Of a DNA stretch of 64,000 bases, positions 39,634-50,346 are shown one piece after another. Source of the DNA: Aureliella sp. (GTDB lineage: Bacteria; Planctomycetota; Planctomycetia; Pirellulales; Pirellulaceae); the NCBI GenBank assembly GCA_963691875.1, contig OY829846.1, positions 3,808,001-3,872,000 on the forward strand, in the 5' to 3' direction. The position numbers and the translations under genes were made by a program. Under the pieces are notes generated by a model, which saw only the letters and a list, made by a program, of their open reading frames with translations, made no database searches and was not told where the DNA came from. Position 1 is the first letter of the stretch. Every line of letters starts with the position of its first letter.

Positions 39634-41544
39634 CTAACCGTTCTCAAGATAGGTGCTTCGTGAAGCAAACTGAGCGTACTCGCTGGTGAGCTGATCAGCC
39701 TCTGCCTGTGAAATCACGTCGTGTTCAACTTGGGATTGCACCTGATTCTGGTAGCTACTTGTCAACTGATCCGCCTCGTAGCGAGCGAACTGCATCATAT
39801 CGTCAATCGAACTACCTGGCACGATTTTCTTGACATGAAACCCACCCTTTTCGTCAACCACGATATGAGCTTCGTTCGGATGCCCAAACAAATTGTGGTG
39901 GTTCCCCATGACTTCTTGGTAGGCGCCGATCAAGAATACGCCCAGATAGTACGGCTCAGCAGGATTCCAGTCATGCAGCTCTAATGTCTGCTTAACGTCT
40001 TTCAGATCCACAAAGCGATCAACCTTTCCGTCGCTGTCGCAAGTCACATCCACTAGGGTGGCGAAGTCCGAGGGGCGTTCATTCAAGCGGTGAATGGGAA
40101 CGATAGGAAACAACTGACGAATGGCCCAGCTGTCCGGTGCGGATCGGAAGATTGAGAAATTGCACAAGTACTTTTGCGCCAAGTTGCGCTTGAGCTGCTC
40201 AAACTCTTCATCCGAGAAGCCATCAAACTCAGCTTCTTTCAACACTTGCGCGCAGATTTCCCAGAACAGAACATCGCCCTTGGCCCGATCTTCTAGACTC
40301 ACCAATCCCAAGTTGAATTGGATTTGCAAGTCATCACGCATCTGTAGGGCGTCGTGATAGTACTCTGAGTAGTTCTTCGAGTTGACTGACTCGCAGAGAT
40401 CCTTAAGCTCGGAGATTACTTGCGGATCATCATCGTCAATCGTGACTTCAGGTTGATCATCAGCAAAAGTTTCGATTTCATCGCGGATGCAAGTCACGAA
40501 AATCGAGTGGTAAGCGGTCATGAATCGTCCGCTTTCAGTCGCCAAGTTGGGATGAGCAACACTTTCGTCGTCACAGACCGTTTTAAAGGTGTAAACCACA
40601 TCGTTGGCGAATTCCTGCGCCGAGTAATTGACACTCGAATCGAATCGCGTTTTCGAACCATCGTAGTCAACGCCTAAGCCACCGCCGATATCGACATTCT
40701 CAACTTGGCAACCTTCAACCTGATTCAACTTACAGTAAACGCGAGCCGCTTCCTTCATCGCATTCTTTACGCGTTTGATATCCGTGATTTGTGAACCGAT
40801 ATGAAAGTGCAGCAACTTCAGGTGCGATTCCAACTTGGCTTCGCGTAACATGCGCACGCACTCAAGAATCTCGGAAGTGGTCAAACCGAACTTGGCCGAT
40901 TCACCGCCGCTGGAAGCCCATTTGCCTGACCCACGCGAATACAACTTTGCTCGCAGGCCAATCCCAGGTGCAATACCTTTTTCAGCATGCATACGCAAAA
41001 TGATCTTGAGCTCGCTGAGTTTTTCGATCACGACTACCACGCGTTTGCCCGCGTGTGTCGCCAGCAATGCACCTTGCAAGAAAGCTTCATCCTTGAAACC
41101 GTTGCAAACAAGTAGCGAATCGGGATGTTGTGCTAAGCCTACTGCGGCGAAGAGCTCTGACTTGCTACCACATTCCAGGCCTACCGGCCCACAGGTTTTG
41201 TCTTTGAGAAAAGCACTCACCACTTCGCGTCGCGGGTTCACCTTCATCGGAAACAGCGGAAGGTGGTTTCCATCGTAGTCGAATTCTGAAATGGCGTTCT
41301 GATAGGCTTGGCTCAGCGCGTGAAGCTGGCTTTGTAGGATCTGAGGAAATCGAAGCAAGAGCGGCAAGCGAACTTTGCCCTTGCCCAGCAGCTCATCGAC
41401 GACCGTTTTCAAATCGACACTGCGTGAATCGCCCTGACACGGATGCACTGCAATGTGTCCGAGAGAATTGATATCAAAATAGCCAGCCGACCAATTCTCG
41501 ACGCCGTAAGCTATTTGTACTTGCTGAAGGATTTCATCGTTCAT
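39634..41544 (-). CDS. speA: Biosynthetic arginine decarboxylase
   Basis: Motifs LPLLLRFPQIL, PMKVN (PLP Lys), CNGFKD, HFHIGSQI, DIGGGLGVDYDG, TCDSDGK and GAYQEVMGNHHNLFG. Confidence 0.96.
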   Translation of the reverse strand: MNDEILQQVQIAYGVENWSAGYFDINSLGHIAVHPCQGDSRSVDLKTVVDELLGKGKVRLPLLLRFPQILQSQLHALSQAYQNAISEFDYDGNHLPLFPMKVNPRREVVSAFLKDKTCGPVGLECGSKSELFAAVGLAQHPDSLLVCNGFKDEAFLQGALLATHAGKRVVVVIEKLSELKIILRMHAEKGIAPGIGLRAKLYSRGSGKWASSGGESAKFGLTTSEILECVRMLREAKLESHLKLLHFHIGSQITDIKRVKNAMKEAARVYCKLNQVEGCQVENVDIGGGLGVDYDGSKTRFDSSVNYSAQEFANDVVYTFKTVCDDESVAHPNLATESGRFMTAYHSIFVTCIRDEIETFADDQPEVTIDDDDPQVISELKDLCESVNSKNYSEYYHDALQMRDDLQIQFNLGLVSLEDRAKGDVLFWEICAQVLKEAEFDGFSDEEFEQLKRNLAQKYLCNFSIFRSAPDSWAIRQLFPIVPIHRLNERPSDFATLVDVTCDSDGKVDRFVDLKDVKQTLELHDWNPAEPYYLGVFLIGAYQEVMGNHHNLFGHPNEAHIVVDEKGGFHVKKIVPGSSIDDMMQFARYEADQLTSSYQNQVQSQVEHDVISQAEADQLTSEYAQFASRSTYLENG

Positions 41545-41805
41545 TCACGTGTCACATGCACGAGAGGGAAGCCACTACTAGGATTGCAGGTCAGATTTTA
41601 GCTTCTGTCACATTCAAAGCGAGTGCGGACAGGATGACGACCCAACATTTTTAAATGGAAGCGAGCCCAAACTACAATGCAAGCGCTGCGCGCGAGCAAG
41701 TAAGTCCATACGACTACGGCGTCCCGACGTCTGGGACGAACCGGTGCCCACGGCTGGGCACTAGATGAGCATCCGTTTTGGCGGCCGCGCCGTACTTTCT
41801 TCCAC

Positions 41806-42564
41806 TTATTCCAATGTCAGTTCGACGGGGCAGTGGTCCGAGCCGTGGATCTCGTCGCGAATTCGTGCGCCCTTTAGTCGCGGCTTGAGTCGCTTTGCGG
41901 CCCAGAAATAATCGAGCCGCCACCCAATGTTCTTCTCGCGAGCATTGGTCCGCATTGTCCACCAGCTGTATTTTTCTGGACTGCTATCGAATTCGCGAAA
42001 AGTATCCAAGAAACCGGCGTCCACGATCGCGTCGACGCCCGCTCGCTCTTCGTCCGAGAACCCCGCATTCTTGCGGTTTGCCTTTGGGTTCGCCAAGTCG
42101 ATTTCTTTGTGAGCACAATTGATATCGCCACAGAAAATGACGGATTTTCGGCGATTCAGTTTCTTCACGTAGTCCAGAAAGGCTGCGTCCCAGGCTTGCC
42201 GATAGTCCAACCGCGCCAGCGCACGCTGCGCATTCGGCGTGTAAACCGTCACAACGTGGAAGTCCTCGTAGGATGCGGTGACAACGCGACCTTCTTTGTC
42301 GTGTTCTTCGACGCCGATGCCAAGCGTCGTCTTCTTGGGCTCGACCAAACTCCAGATCGAAGTGCCACTGTAGCCTTTCTTTTCGGCACAGGCCCAAGTG
42401 TGGTGATAACCAAGTTCCTCTGCCCAAGCCAAGTCAACTTGCTCAGGCTCTGCCTTTGTCTCTTGCAGGCACAAGACATCAGGCATGTCCGCTTCTACGA
42501 ACTCGCGAAAGCCTTTCTTCAGACAAGCGCGAATTCCATTTACATTCCAAGAAACTAAACGCAT
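41806..42564 (-). CDS. xth: Exodeoxyribonuclease III (AP endonuclease)
   Basis: Motifs SWNVNGIRA, LCLQETK, GYSGT, GDINCAH, GWRLDY and SDHCPV. Confidence 0.96.
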   Translation of the reverse strand: MRLVSWNVNGIRACLKKGFREFVEADMPDVLCLQETKAEPEQVDLAWAEELGYHHTWACAEKKGYSGTSIWSLVEPKKTTLGIGVEEHDKEGRVVTASYEDFHVVTVYTPNAQRALARLDYRQAWDAAFLDYVKKLNRRKSVIFCGDINCAHKEIDLANPKANRKNAGFSDEERAGVDAIVDAGFLDTFREFDSSPEKYSWWTMRTNAREKNIGWRLDYFWAAKRLKPRLKGARIRDEIHGSDHCPVELTLE

Positions 42565-42771
42565 CCAACACACCAGGCAAACAGAATAGTAAAAGAGCGC
42601 GACATTGTAGACGACGAAGGGATGTCGCGTAGGCCCCGTGAGCGAAGAACGCCGCTCGGGGGCGTTCTAGAACTCAGGGCTCTAGAAGTTGCACATTCTT
42701 GTAGGCCTTAACGAACAAACGCTGCAAAAGCCGTCACTCAATTGAGCACGATGTGACAATGAGCCGAGAAC

Positions 42772-43341
42772 ATGAAATCCTACTCCGTTCACGTTGAGGA
42801 ATGTGATCTCTTGGAAGTAGCGAAGTGCCCCATTGCGGAATATCCGTTGCGTTGGACAACAATCGTACATGCCCTAGTTGCTCTCAGCGCGTGCCCTTGG
42901 ATAGTGCTCCAAGCCAACCCGCCATTAAGGTTGAGCCAATCGAATCGGCTGACCGCGAATTGAGTCCGTACGCCCCACTTCAGGTAAATCGCAAACAGAT
43001 GCCTCTGATCTCACGACTGGTGCAAGATCTACTGCGGTTCCGTACCAGGCTTTCTTGCCCTCTGGAGTTTCGGACTTCTTAGCTTCTTCGTCGTTGTTGC
43101 CGACCCAAACGATCTTTCCATGACTCCTACAATGGCTTTCACGCGAGTTGTGCTAATTGGCTCTCTCGGTGTGAACACCGCGATTTCTTTGTTGCAAACG
43201 TCGTTGTTCTTCATACCTATGATGATTCAGTGCGCTTGTCTGCTATTGACGATCTATGGCATTCCGCTTGCGTTTTGGGGTGCGATACTATTTCCTAGGA
43301 GGCGCCGTCGTGAGAAATCCCGAGCTCAGGCATCAGTTTGA
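42772..43341 (+). pseudogene. Frameshifted zinc-ribbon + multi-TM membrane protein gene
   Basis: AKCP|HCGI...TCPSC...SPYAP|...|WCKIYCG...FWGAILFPRRRR* spread over three frames. Two of the inferred shifts fall at C4 runs (42828-42831, 42973-42976). Confidence 0.55.
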
Positions 43342-43439
43342 CGGCAAAGAAAGGGAACTGTTCGACCAGGGTGAGTGAAATCGGGAGCGAGGAGAGCGTA
43401 GAGAATCAGGCTCGTCAGACTCAAAAGTGACCAGAGCCA

Positions 43440-43787
43440 TGTACCTTTTCATTCTTGCCTTCAGATAGAGACCGCAGCTAGAAGAGCGCCAAAATCAAAT
43501 CCATACATGGCAGCAAGACCCTCAATAACTCGAGCTAATTATATCGGTTTCTCTGAGCCGAGCGCGGCAAATTTGGGGTAACAAATTATGTCTGTTGTAA
43601 GTCTCGCAATGGCTACGGAGCACAGAGCTTCGTAGAAGAACCCGAATGCACCTGCAGTAGAAAGCAGAACAGATATTGCCCAACCCCAAGGATGTGCCTT
43701 CGATATAGACGCATCTGCTCGAAGTAGTGAAGGTGCCTCAGAGGGATTATCGACCAAGGTGACTTCTTCTCGGTTTCTATCTTGCAT
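43440..43787 (-). pseudogene. Remnant of a small membrane protein gene
   Basis: MQDRNREEVTLVDNPSEAP (NPY..P-like) plus a TM segment, with a further hydrophobic fragment (ARVIEGLAAMYGFDFGALLAAVSI*) after a break. Confidence 0.3.
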
Positions 43788-44061
43788 ATTCCCTCCTCGC
43801 TGAAGATGGGCACAATGCCGACAAGAGCTGTACAAAAGAGAGATTCCCCGTCAGTTTCTTGCTTAGGAAAACTGAGCTATGGCTTTACATTTCACAGGTC
43901 GCTTCGCGGATTTCATGCCTTTGTTAAAACCCGCATGCCACGCGAAAGACGCTAGGAAGCAATAACCAGTATGGGAGGGCTGCTAATGAGTTTTGCGGTT
44001 GTTGTTCCGGTGGGACTCCGCATACTTGCTCAAAGACTACAAGCAATCGAAAGGATACTCC

Positions 44062-45102
44062 ATGCCTGAATCCCCCAAGAATCCGAACATGCTGTACATC
44101 GAAGTCACTGGAGCTGGAATCCCAGAAGTAGACGGATTGTTCGTTCCTTCGACGGAACCGCCAAAAGAATCCGAATCAGGCACACTCTCAAGCCTCGGAT
44201 ACTGGAACGGCAAGCTGGCCTGGGATCGCGCGGATGGACAATCAGCTCGGAGCCCAGCCTTGTCCTACTCGAATAGCTACAAGTCTTGGCGCATCTGTCG
44301 ACTCGACGGCCATTTGGCTTATCACATCGACTGCGAAGATGACTTGCCGCCAATCGATCAGCCGTGGAATATCTACAAGATGGGAGTGGCTCCTGCTCCG
44401 AAGGTGACCATTCATCACGTCGATCCTCGACTCCCTTGCCCCAAGCCAAATGTTGTTTTCGTGCTCGGTGGTCCTGGCGCAGGCAAAGGAACGATGTGCG
44501 AGTTAGCAGAATCGCAGTTAGGATGGACGCATTTGTCGACCGGGGAACTACTTCGTGATGAACAAGAGTCCGACAGCCCTCACGCCAATCAGCTCAAGGA
44601 GATTCTGGCCGCCGGCAAGTTAGCACCGGATAAACTGATCGTTGAATTGCTTTCCAAGAAAATGGAATCGGTAATTCGTAGCACGGGTAAGAATAATTTT
44701 TTGCTCGACGGCTTCCCGCGCAGCCTGGGCAACATGGATGTGTGGAATGAAGTGTATGGCAGCGACTCAGAGTTACCCACCATGCTTTATCTGGAGTGCC
44801 CCTACGACGTGCTGGAGAAGCGGATCCTAGGTCGCTCCAAGTACACTGGACGGAGCGACGACAACGTCGAGAGCATCAAAGCGAGATTTGAGACTTTCAA
44901 GGAAACTACGCTACCCATCGTCGAGCATTTCCGCGAGGCAGGGAAGTGCATCGAGATCGACTGCAGTCAAGACCGCCAAGTCGTCTACAACCTTGTTCGC
45001 GATGGCCTAGCCGAGTTCACCACTGAGGAAGCCGCTGCAAAGCCACTCACCGAACGCGCCGAAATGCTTCTGGGTTTGAGGCCGTTCCCCAAAGAAAACT
45101 GA
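44062..45102 (+). CDS. UMP-CMP kinase (adenylate kinase family, short-lid eukaryote-like) fused to an N-terminal domain of unknown function
   Basis: Motifs KPNVVFVLGGPGAGKGT, HLSTGELLR, FLLDGFPR and GRSDDNVESIKARF, plus about 125 extra N-terminal residues. Start set at ATG 44062. Confidence 0.88.
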   Translation: MPESPKNPNMLYIEVTGAGIPEVDGLFVPSTEPPKESESGTLSSLGYWNGKLAWDRADGQSARSPALSYSNSYKSWRICRLDGHLAYHIDCEDDLPPIDQPWNIYKMGVAPAPKVTIHHVDPRLPCPKPNVVFVLGGPGAGKGTMCELAESQLGWTHLSTGELLRDEQESDSPHANQLKEILAAGKLAPDKLIVELLSKKMESVIRSTGKNNFLLDGFPRSLGNMDVWNEVYGSDSELPTMLYLECPYDVLEKRILGRSKYTGRSDDNVESIKARFETFKETTLPIVEHFREAGKCIEIDCSQDRQVVYNLVRDGLAEFTTEEAAAKPLTERAEMLLGLRPFPKEN

Positions 45103-45189
45103 TGGTTCGGTGCTAGGAAGAGAATTGTTTTATAAGTAGTCGTGTTTGCAGCTCCGAGCTGCTGCGACCGACTGAAGGCGGGTTTCTCT

Positions 45190-45966
45190 GAAGCGAGAAT
45201 TGGAGGCCGACTTTGGATCGAGCTCAGCGCAGCTGAAGTCGCTGAACAGAAGTATGCGATTTTTTAAGCAATTTACAACGTCCAGTTTGATACAGCTGCT
45301 CTGCGGGTAATTGGCGATTCTGCGGCACTAATAGATTTAGGAAAATTTTTTGGCGCGAGTTCACCGACGATGGATTCACGAGATTCGACGGGTTCACGGA
45401 TAGTTTCGAGCCACAGCGTGGTCGGATTGCCACCGCACGTTTTCAAGTTGAAGTCACCCAGGCAGTAACGTATCAAATAGATGCACCAACTGGCCCGCAC
45501 CTTCCCTCAAGATGGCGTCTTGGTCTACCGTTTTCAGCCTCAAGTTCGTCCCTACCATGTTTTGTCAGCAAGCGCTATGATCTCTACCGTCGCAGCTGAG
45601 GAAAGCTTACCCGAAGTTCTTGAACCGACTGATGTTAATGTGGATGGATTCACTCCTCAGATAGATGTTGTGCGGATCATGCAATACCTGAATCGCAGAG
45701 AAATCTCATATCGGCTGGCTGAAGGCGAGACTGATATCAATCGCATGGATGTCACTGAGGACGGAGCGGTTTCACCAGCGGACGTGCTGTTTGTGGTAAG
45801 TGCGATCAACGATCGCGTCCAGGCTGATCGTGAGCGTTAGATTGCGCTGATGCAAGCTAGAGCGGAAGGAGAGTCGACTCCAATTAAAGAGCCGGAGGCA
45901 TCGCAGCTCGCCGCGTTGAACCTATGCGAATGGGATCTTGAACGCCACCGTCGGGGATTGCCCTGA
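45190..45966 (+). pseudogene. Remnant of the C-terminus of a planctomycete extracellular protein (cohesin-like domain + dockerin)
   Basis: Dockerin pair DVNVDGFTPQIDVVRIMQYLN / DVTEDGAVSPADVLFVVSAIN, an in-frame TAG at 45838 followed by an AEGE tail, and upstream broken frames (YAIF*AIYNVQFD...IATARFQV). Confidence 0.6.
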
Positions 45967-46266
45967 GTACGCCGAGAAAAGTCACTTACTGCGAATGATT
46001 TCAGCCGCGAACGCTAGCCCCGGATCTAGTAGAAGCCACTATCTACTTCAGCGGTATTGGGACGAGGTCACCAAGGTCGACTTGAACCCGAGGAGCTAGC
46101 GACGTGACTCCAACGCTGAGACAACCTCAGAATAGTTGCCCCACTTCACTGCTAAATCCTCTTATCCAAGTCTTCAAAACCCAATATTCATGGGCTAACG
46201 GCGAATACTGGTCTGTCACGATGATTTTGAAGAGTTTTTGCCAACTCTGGCAGGAAGGAATGACAG

Positions 46267-46725
46267 TTGACAGTTGCTAGCACAGAGTATTATCCGCAGC
46301 ATTACGCTCCGGTAGTTTCGGGACATTCTGAAGCGCAGCACTCGGCAGCAGTCGGCTACGTTCTGTGGTTCTTTGGCTTCTTCGGAGCACACCGCTTCTA
46401 CTACGGCAAGCCAATTACCGGTTTACTTTATGTGCTGACTTTCGGCCTTTTCTTAGTAGGCTGGATCCTAGACTTGATCTTCATGCCTGCGATGGCTGAG
46501 GAAGCTCGTACGCGACATGTTGCAGGAAAGTACGACCACAATCTTGCTTGGCTGCTGCACTCGTTTTTTCTTCTGGGCTTCCTGGGCCTTCATCGTTTCT
46601 ACCTCGGCAAGTGGATGACCGGAATCATCTGGCTACTTACGGGTGGGCTCTTCGGAGTCGGATTTTTGTACGACTGGTTCACCTTGAACGAGCAAGTCGA
46701 CCGAGCCAACATGATTGGTCGGTAA
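46267..46725 (+). CDS. TM2 (NINE) domain membrane protein with two TM2 repeats
   Basis: [16 protein letters not shown] and [16 protein letters not shown] repeats. Confidence 0.9.
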   Translation: MTVASTEYYPQHYAPVVSGHSEAQHSAAVGYVLWFFGFFGAHRFYYGKPITGLLYVLTFGLFLVGWILDLIFMPAMAEEARTRHVAGKYDHNLAWLLHSFFLLGFLGLHRFYLGKWMTGIIWLLTGGLFGVGFLYDWFTLNEQVDRANMIGR

Positions 46726-46874
46726 GCCAGCTCACAGGTACGCCAACGAGGCACTAGACGCGACAGCTCGCTGGCTTTTGACGTTCGGCACAATGTTGCT
46801 GAGGGATGGAATCGGTTAGGATGAACGCATTGGGTCGTCGGAAGGGCGATTCACCATATCCTCCGGAACGATTC

Positions 46875-47609
46875 ATGCGCAGCTTCAACAAGGTCTTTGT
46901 CATCGCAATGCCGCGTTGCGCAACAGTATCCATGTGTGAGGCGTTAGGACAGCTCGGCGTTAATACGGCTCATCTCGGACGCATCTACGGCGAGCCAACG
47001 CAGGAGCATCACCATCCGGAGCGTCTTCACAGAATGCATGAGCAGATTCTCGCTGGAGACTATGATCTCGATATCCTGCAACACTGCGATGGTCTAGCCG
47101 ACTATCCAGCTTGCAGTTTTGAAGTCATCCAGAATCTCGACTCTGCGTTTCCTGGCAGTTTGTTTCTGAATGTCCGTCGCGATGAAGACGTCACCCGTTG
47201 GCTGCAATCAGTAGAGCGCCAGTTCGTGGGATTGCAGCTCGTGAAGGCGGGCAAGAAGTCGAACGAAGAGGAACGGCGGTTCATGCAAGTCATGCTCAAC
47301 TTCCGCGAGATGACTTTTGGCCAAGCCAAGTTTGAAGCTGAGCCTTACCGCCTGGCCTATATCGACTTTCAAAAGAAAGTCGCGGACTACTTTGCTAGTC
47401 GAGAGGATGTGTTGCTGGACATCAGCGACATTCAAGTTCTCGAAAGCAGTGGCTTTCAACAGATCGCTGAATTCCTGCAATGCGACGCACCGCAGGCTTC
47501 TTTCCCTCGCAGTAACGCGCACAGCGAGTTGCCATCACGAGTCTTCATGCAAGCCTTGGAGGCTGGCGAAGTTAAATCTCAGACGGGCATTAAGGCCATC
47601 AGCTGTTAG
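46875..47609 (+). CDS. Sulfotransferase-family protein (Sulfotransfer_4-like)
   Basis: KVFVIAMPRCATVSMCEALGQLG (variant of G..RTGT.SL..AL..LG), DYP, R....WLQS, V.DYF...LL and FPRSN motifs. Confidence 0.75.
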   Translation: MRSFNKVFVIAMPRCATVSMCEALGQLGVNTAHLGRIYGEPTQEHHHPERLHRMHEQILAGDYDLDILQHCDGLADYPACSFEVIQNLDSAFPGSLFLNVRRDEDVTRWLQSVERQFVGLQLVKAGKKSNEEERRFMQVMLNFREMTFGQAKFEAEPYRLAYIDFQKKVADYFASREDVLLDISDIQVLESSGFQQIAEFLQCDAPQASFPRSNAHSELPSRVFMQALEAGEVKSQTGIKAISC

Positions 47610-47764
47610 TCTCGCAGCTAGCTATCTGTTCTTTTAGTGAGCCGCATCGCCATGATACGTCCGGCGTTTCGCGAGTAACAAGACGTGTATCGCGGCCATT
47701 CCGCATAAATACGGGACGACGAGCTTAAGAACCGACGGCCTGGCCCGAAGCCACTAACAATCAT

Positions 47765-48283
47765 TCAACAGACCCTAGGATTGAGGTCCACCGGAAAAGC
47801 GTCAAGCCTCTCTGTGTACCAACCGGCAGATCCGTAGAAGGGACCCATCTCATCGGCCCAAATGATCTTCACGGCCATGTTGACTGGAACGCCAGCCATT
47901 TTCAAATAGAGCACTGCACGTTCACACTCGATCGGGTTCTCGTGAAACAAACCGATGCTCGTCGAAGCAATATCGCGAGTAATCGCTTCAGTGACAGTTC
48001 CAATGGGCTCATTTGATTTGTTGACCGGCACCAGTAAGACGGGCAGCATCATAGGGTGCCGATCTTCGTTTCGCTGTTCCGGGTCATGAAACATCGAAGC
48101 ATTTACGAGCTGACGGCGTGCAAATTCAACGAAGGAGCGAGAAAGTGTACCTTGGTAGCTTGCGCTAACCTCGTCGATCATTAGGGGCATGGAAGGACTC
48201 CTCACTAGAAAGTTCAGTGCGATGTCTGTTTCTAGCTCATCTCCCGAGCCGCGTTTTACACGCAGCTCAAAATCAAGTTTCAT
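47765..48283 (-). CDS. PilZ-domain-like protein (start uncertain, possibly 48190 or 48181)
   Basis: RxxxR motif (QRNEDRHP) and D/NxSxxG-like motif (TRDIASTSIG). Confidence 0.65.
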   Translation of the reverse strand: MKLDFELRVKRGSGDELETDIALNFLVRSPSMPLMIDEVSASYQGTLSRSFVEFARRQLVNASMFHDPEQRNEDRHPMMLPVLLVPVNKSNEPIGTVTEAITRDIASTSIGLFHENPIECERAVLYLKMAGVPVNMAVKIIWADEMGPFYGSAGWYTERLDAFPVDLNPRVC

Positions 48284-48366
48284 TGATGCAATGAGGCTTT
48301 TTCCGGTCCGATTGTAGCGGTAGTAGGAAGGAGCCTCGCCATAACGAGGTACGCGCCGTACCCAGG

Positions 48367-49092
48367 CTAGTAGCCGCTACTTGGACCAGCCGCCGCGAAG
48401 TCAATCGCGGGCAGCCCTAATGCTTCCCGAGCCTGGTCCATCATCTTCTTCGTCGCGCTGGCACCACACCGGGTCACGCCCAGGCTTCGAACCTCTTGCA
48501 ACTTCTCAAAGTCGCGAACACCGCCGGCTGCCTTAACCTGAATCCCTTCGCCGACGTTGTCGATCATTAGCTTCAAGTCTTCCATTGTCGCTCCGCTGGT
48601 GCCATAACCAGTACTTGTCTTCACCCAGTCAGCCTTGAGCTCCGTACAGATTTGACACAGCTTCATTTTCTGCTCATCGTTCAAGTAACAGTTCTCGAAG
48701 ATCACTTTCACTTTCCGATCTGCAGCATGAGCAACCTCAATCACAGCAGCGATATCTGAGGTGACGTAATCCCACTTGCCACTGAGAACTTGGCTGATGT
48801 TCACAACCATATCCAACTCTTGGCAGCCGTCTTCGATAGCTTTTTCTGCCTCCTGTTGCTTGATAGCTGCCGTGTGCCCGCCATGCGGGAAACCGATTGT
48901 CGTGCTTGGTTGTACCGTGCTGCCTGCCAAAATCTCCGCACATCTTTTGAGGTAGTAAGGCATGATGCAAACACTTGCGACGTCATAGGCAACGGCCAGC
49001 GCACAACCTTCTTCCAATTGCCGAATATCCATCGTTGGAATTAGCAAGGAGTGGTCAATCATTTTGGCGTAGTCTTCGTAGGTCGCTGTCAT
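48367..49092 (-). CDS. deoC: Deoxyribose-phosphate aldolase
   Basis: Motifs IDHSLL, IGFPHG, ELDMVVN, KVIFENCYL, VKTSTGY and VKAAGGVR. Confidence 0.95.
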   Translation of the reverse strand: MTATYEDYAKMIDHSLLIPTMDIRQLEEGCALAVAYDVASVCIMPYYLKRCAEILAGSTVQPSTTIGFPHGGHTAAIKQQEAEKAIEDGCQELDMVVNISQVLSGKWDYVTSDIAAVIEVAHAADRKVKVIFENCYLNDEQKMKLCQICTELKADWVKTSTGYGTSGATMEDLKLMIDNVGEGIQVKAAGGVRDFEKLQEVRSLGVTRCGASATKKMMDQAREALGLPAIDFAAAGPSSGY

Positions 49093-49273
49093 TGCAGATG
49101 CTTTCGTATGTCTTTGATATTCTCAGGAATTGGGATCGGAAGCCGTTCGGCGATCGATCACTCCATGCACGTCTCTTGCTTAGAGCTTTCGAATCAAACC
49201 AAGGCAAGTCGGCCCCTGGGCGTTAAACGACTTATTACGTTTTCGACCTTTGGGAACTTGGCTAAATGACCGA

Positions 49274-50191
49274 CTAGGGTACAAAGTTTTTCAAATAGCG
49301 GAAGCTTTGCCGCAAGGAGTCTTTGCGAGCCTCGAGCGATCCCTCATAAGCGCGATCTTCTACTTCTACACAAACTGCACCTTCATAGCCGCTATCCAAC
49401 AACGTGGAAAAGAACTTGCCCCAATTCACCTCCCCAAGACCCGGTAGCTTGGGAGTGTGATATTCCAGCGGATGAGCCATGATGCCTACCTCATCCAGCT
49501 TGTCCCTATCGAGCCGGACGTCTTTGGCATGCGCGTGAAAGATACGCGAAGAGAATTCTCGCATGGGTTTCAAATAGTCCATCTGCTGCCAAACCATATG
49601 CGATGGATCGTAGTTTAGCCCCAGATTCCGACTTCCCAAATCCTCGAAAAGACGCCGCCAGATCTTGGGAGTCGTCGCGATGTTCTTTCCGCCCGGCCAC
49701 TCATCCTCCGAAAAGAGCATTGGACAATTTTCAATTCCAATCTTCAACCCGAGTGCATCGGCCTGCTCTAATATCTGTCGCCAAGTGTCAAGCATGAGCG
49801 GCCAATTGGCTTCGATGCTTTTTGTGTAGTCGCGACCGATAAAAGTATTCACATTCGCCACTCCTAATGTCTTCGCAGCACCAAGTAGCTTTTTCAAATG
49901 TGTGACCGCAGTCTCCGCCTCAGCTGCATCCGGCGACAGACAGTTGGGGTAATAACCGAGAGCACTGATCGCCACTCCGGTCGACTCAACCAAACCATGC
50001 ACTTCATCCACTAACGAATCATCCAGCTTGGCAATATCGATATGAGTAATCCCAGCGTAGCGACGCTCCGCTTTGCTTAATGGCCAACACATGACTTCCA
50101 CACAATCGTAGCCAATGTCAGCAGCTAACTTCAGAACTTCTTCCAGCGAGAGCTCAGGCAGAATCGCGCTCGCAAATCCAAGTTGAATCAT
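49274..50191 (-). CDS. Sugar phosphate isomerase/epimerase (xylose-isomerase-like TIM barrel)
   Basis: Metal-ligand motifs [26 protein letters not shown] and VEVED. Confidence 0.88.
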   Translation of the reverse strand: MIQLGFASAILPELSLEEVLKLAADIGYDCVEVMCWPLSKAERRYAGITHIDIAKLDDSLVDEVHGLVESTGVAISALGYYPNCLSPDAAEAETAVTHLKKLLGAAKTLGVANVNTFIGRDYTKSIEANWPLMLDTWRQILEQADALGLKIGIENCPMLFSEDEWPGGKNIATTPKIWRRLFEDLGSRNLGLNYDPSHMVWQQMDYLKPMREFSSRIFHAHAKDVRLDRDKLDEVGIMAHPLEYHTPKLPGLGEVNWGKFFSTLLDSGYEGAVCVEVEDRAYEGSLEARKDSLRQSFRYLKNFVP

Positions 50192-50346
50192 GATCACACT
50201 CAAAAGGCAGGGTTAGTTACTTTCGGTGTTATCATAACGCCAACTGCAAAGCAGTGGGATGACTCCAACTAAGAAGAGCAGTGCCAACCTTTGTCTGAGT
50301 CTGTGCAATTTTCAGACTCTGATCTGCACAGCTGCGAGGACTCCTA

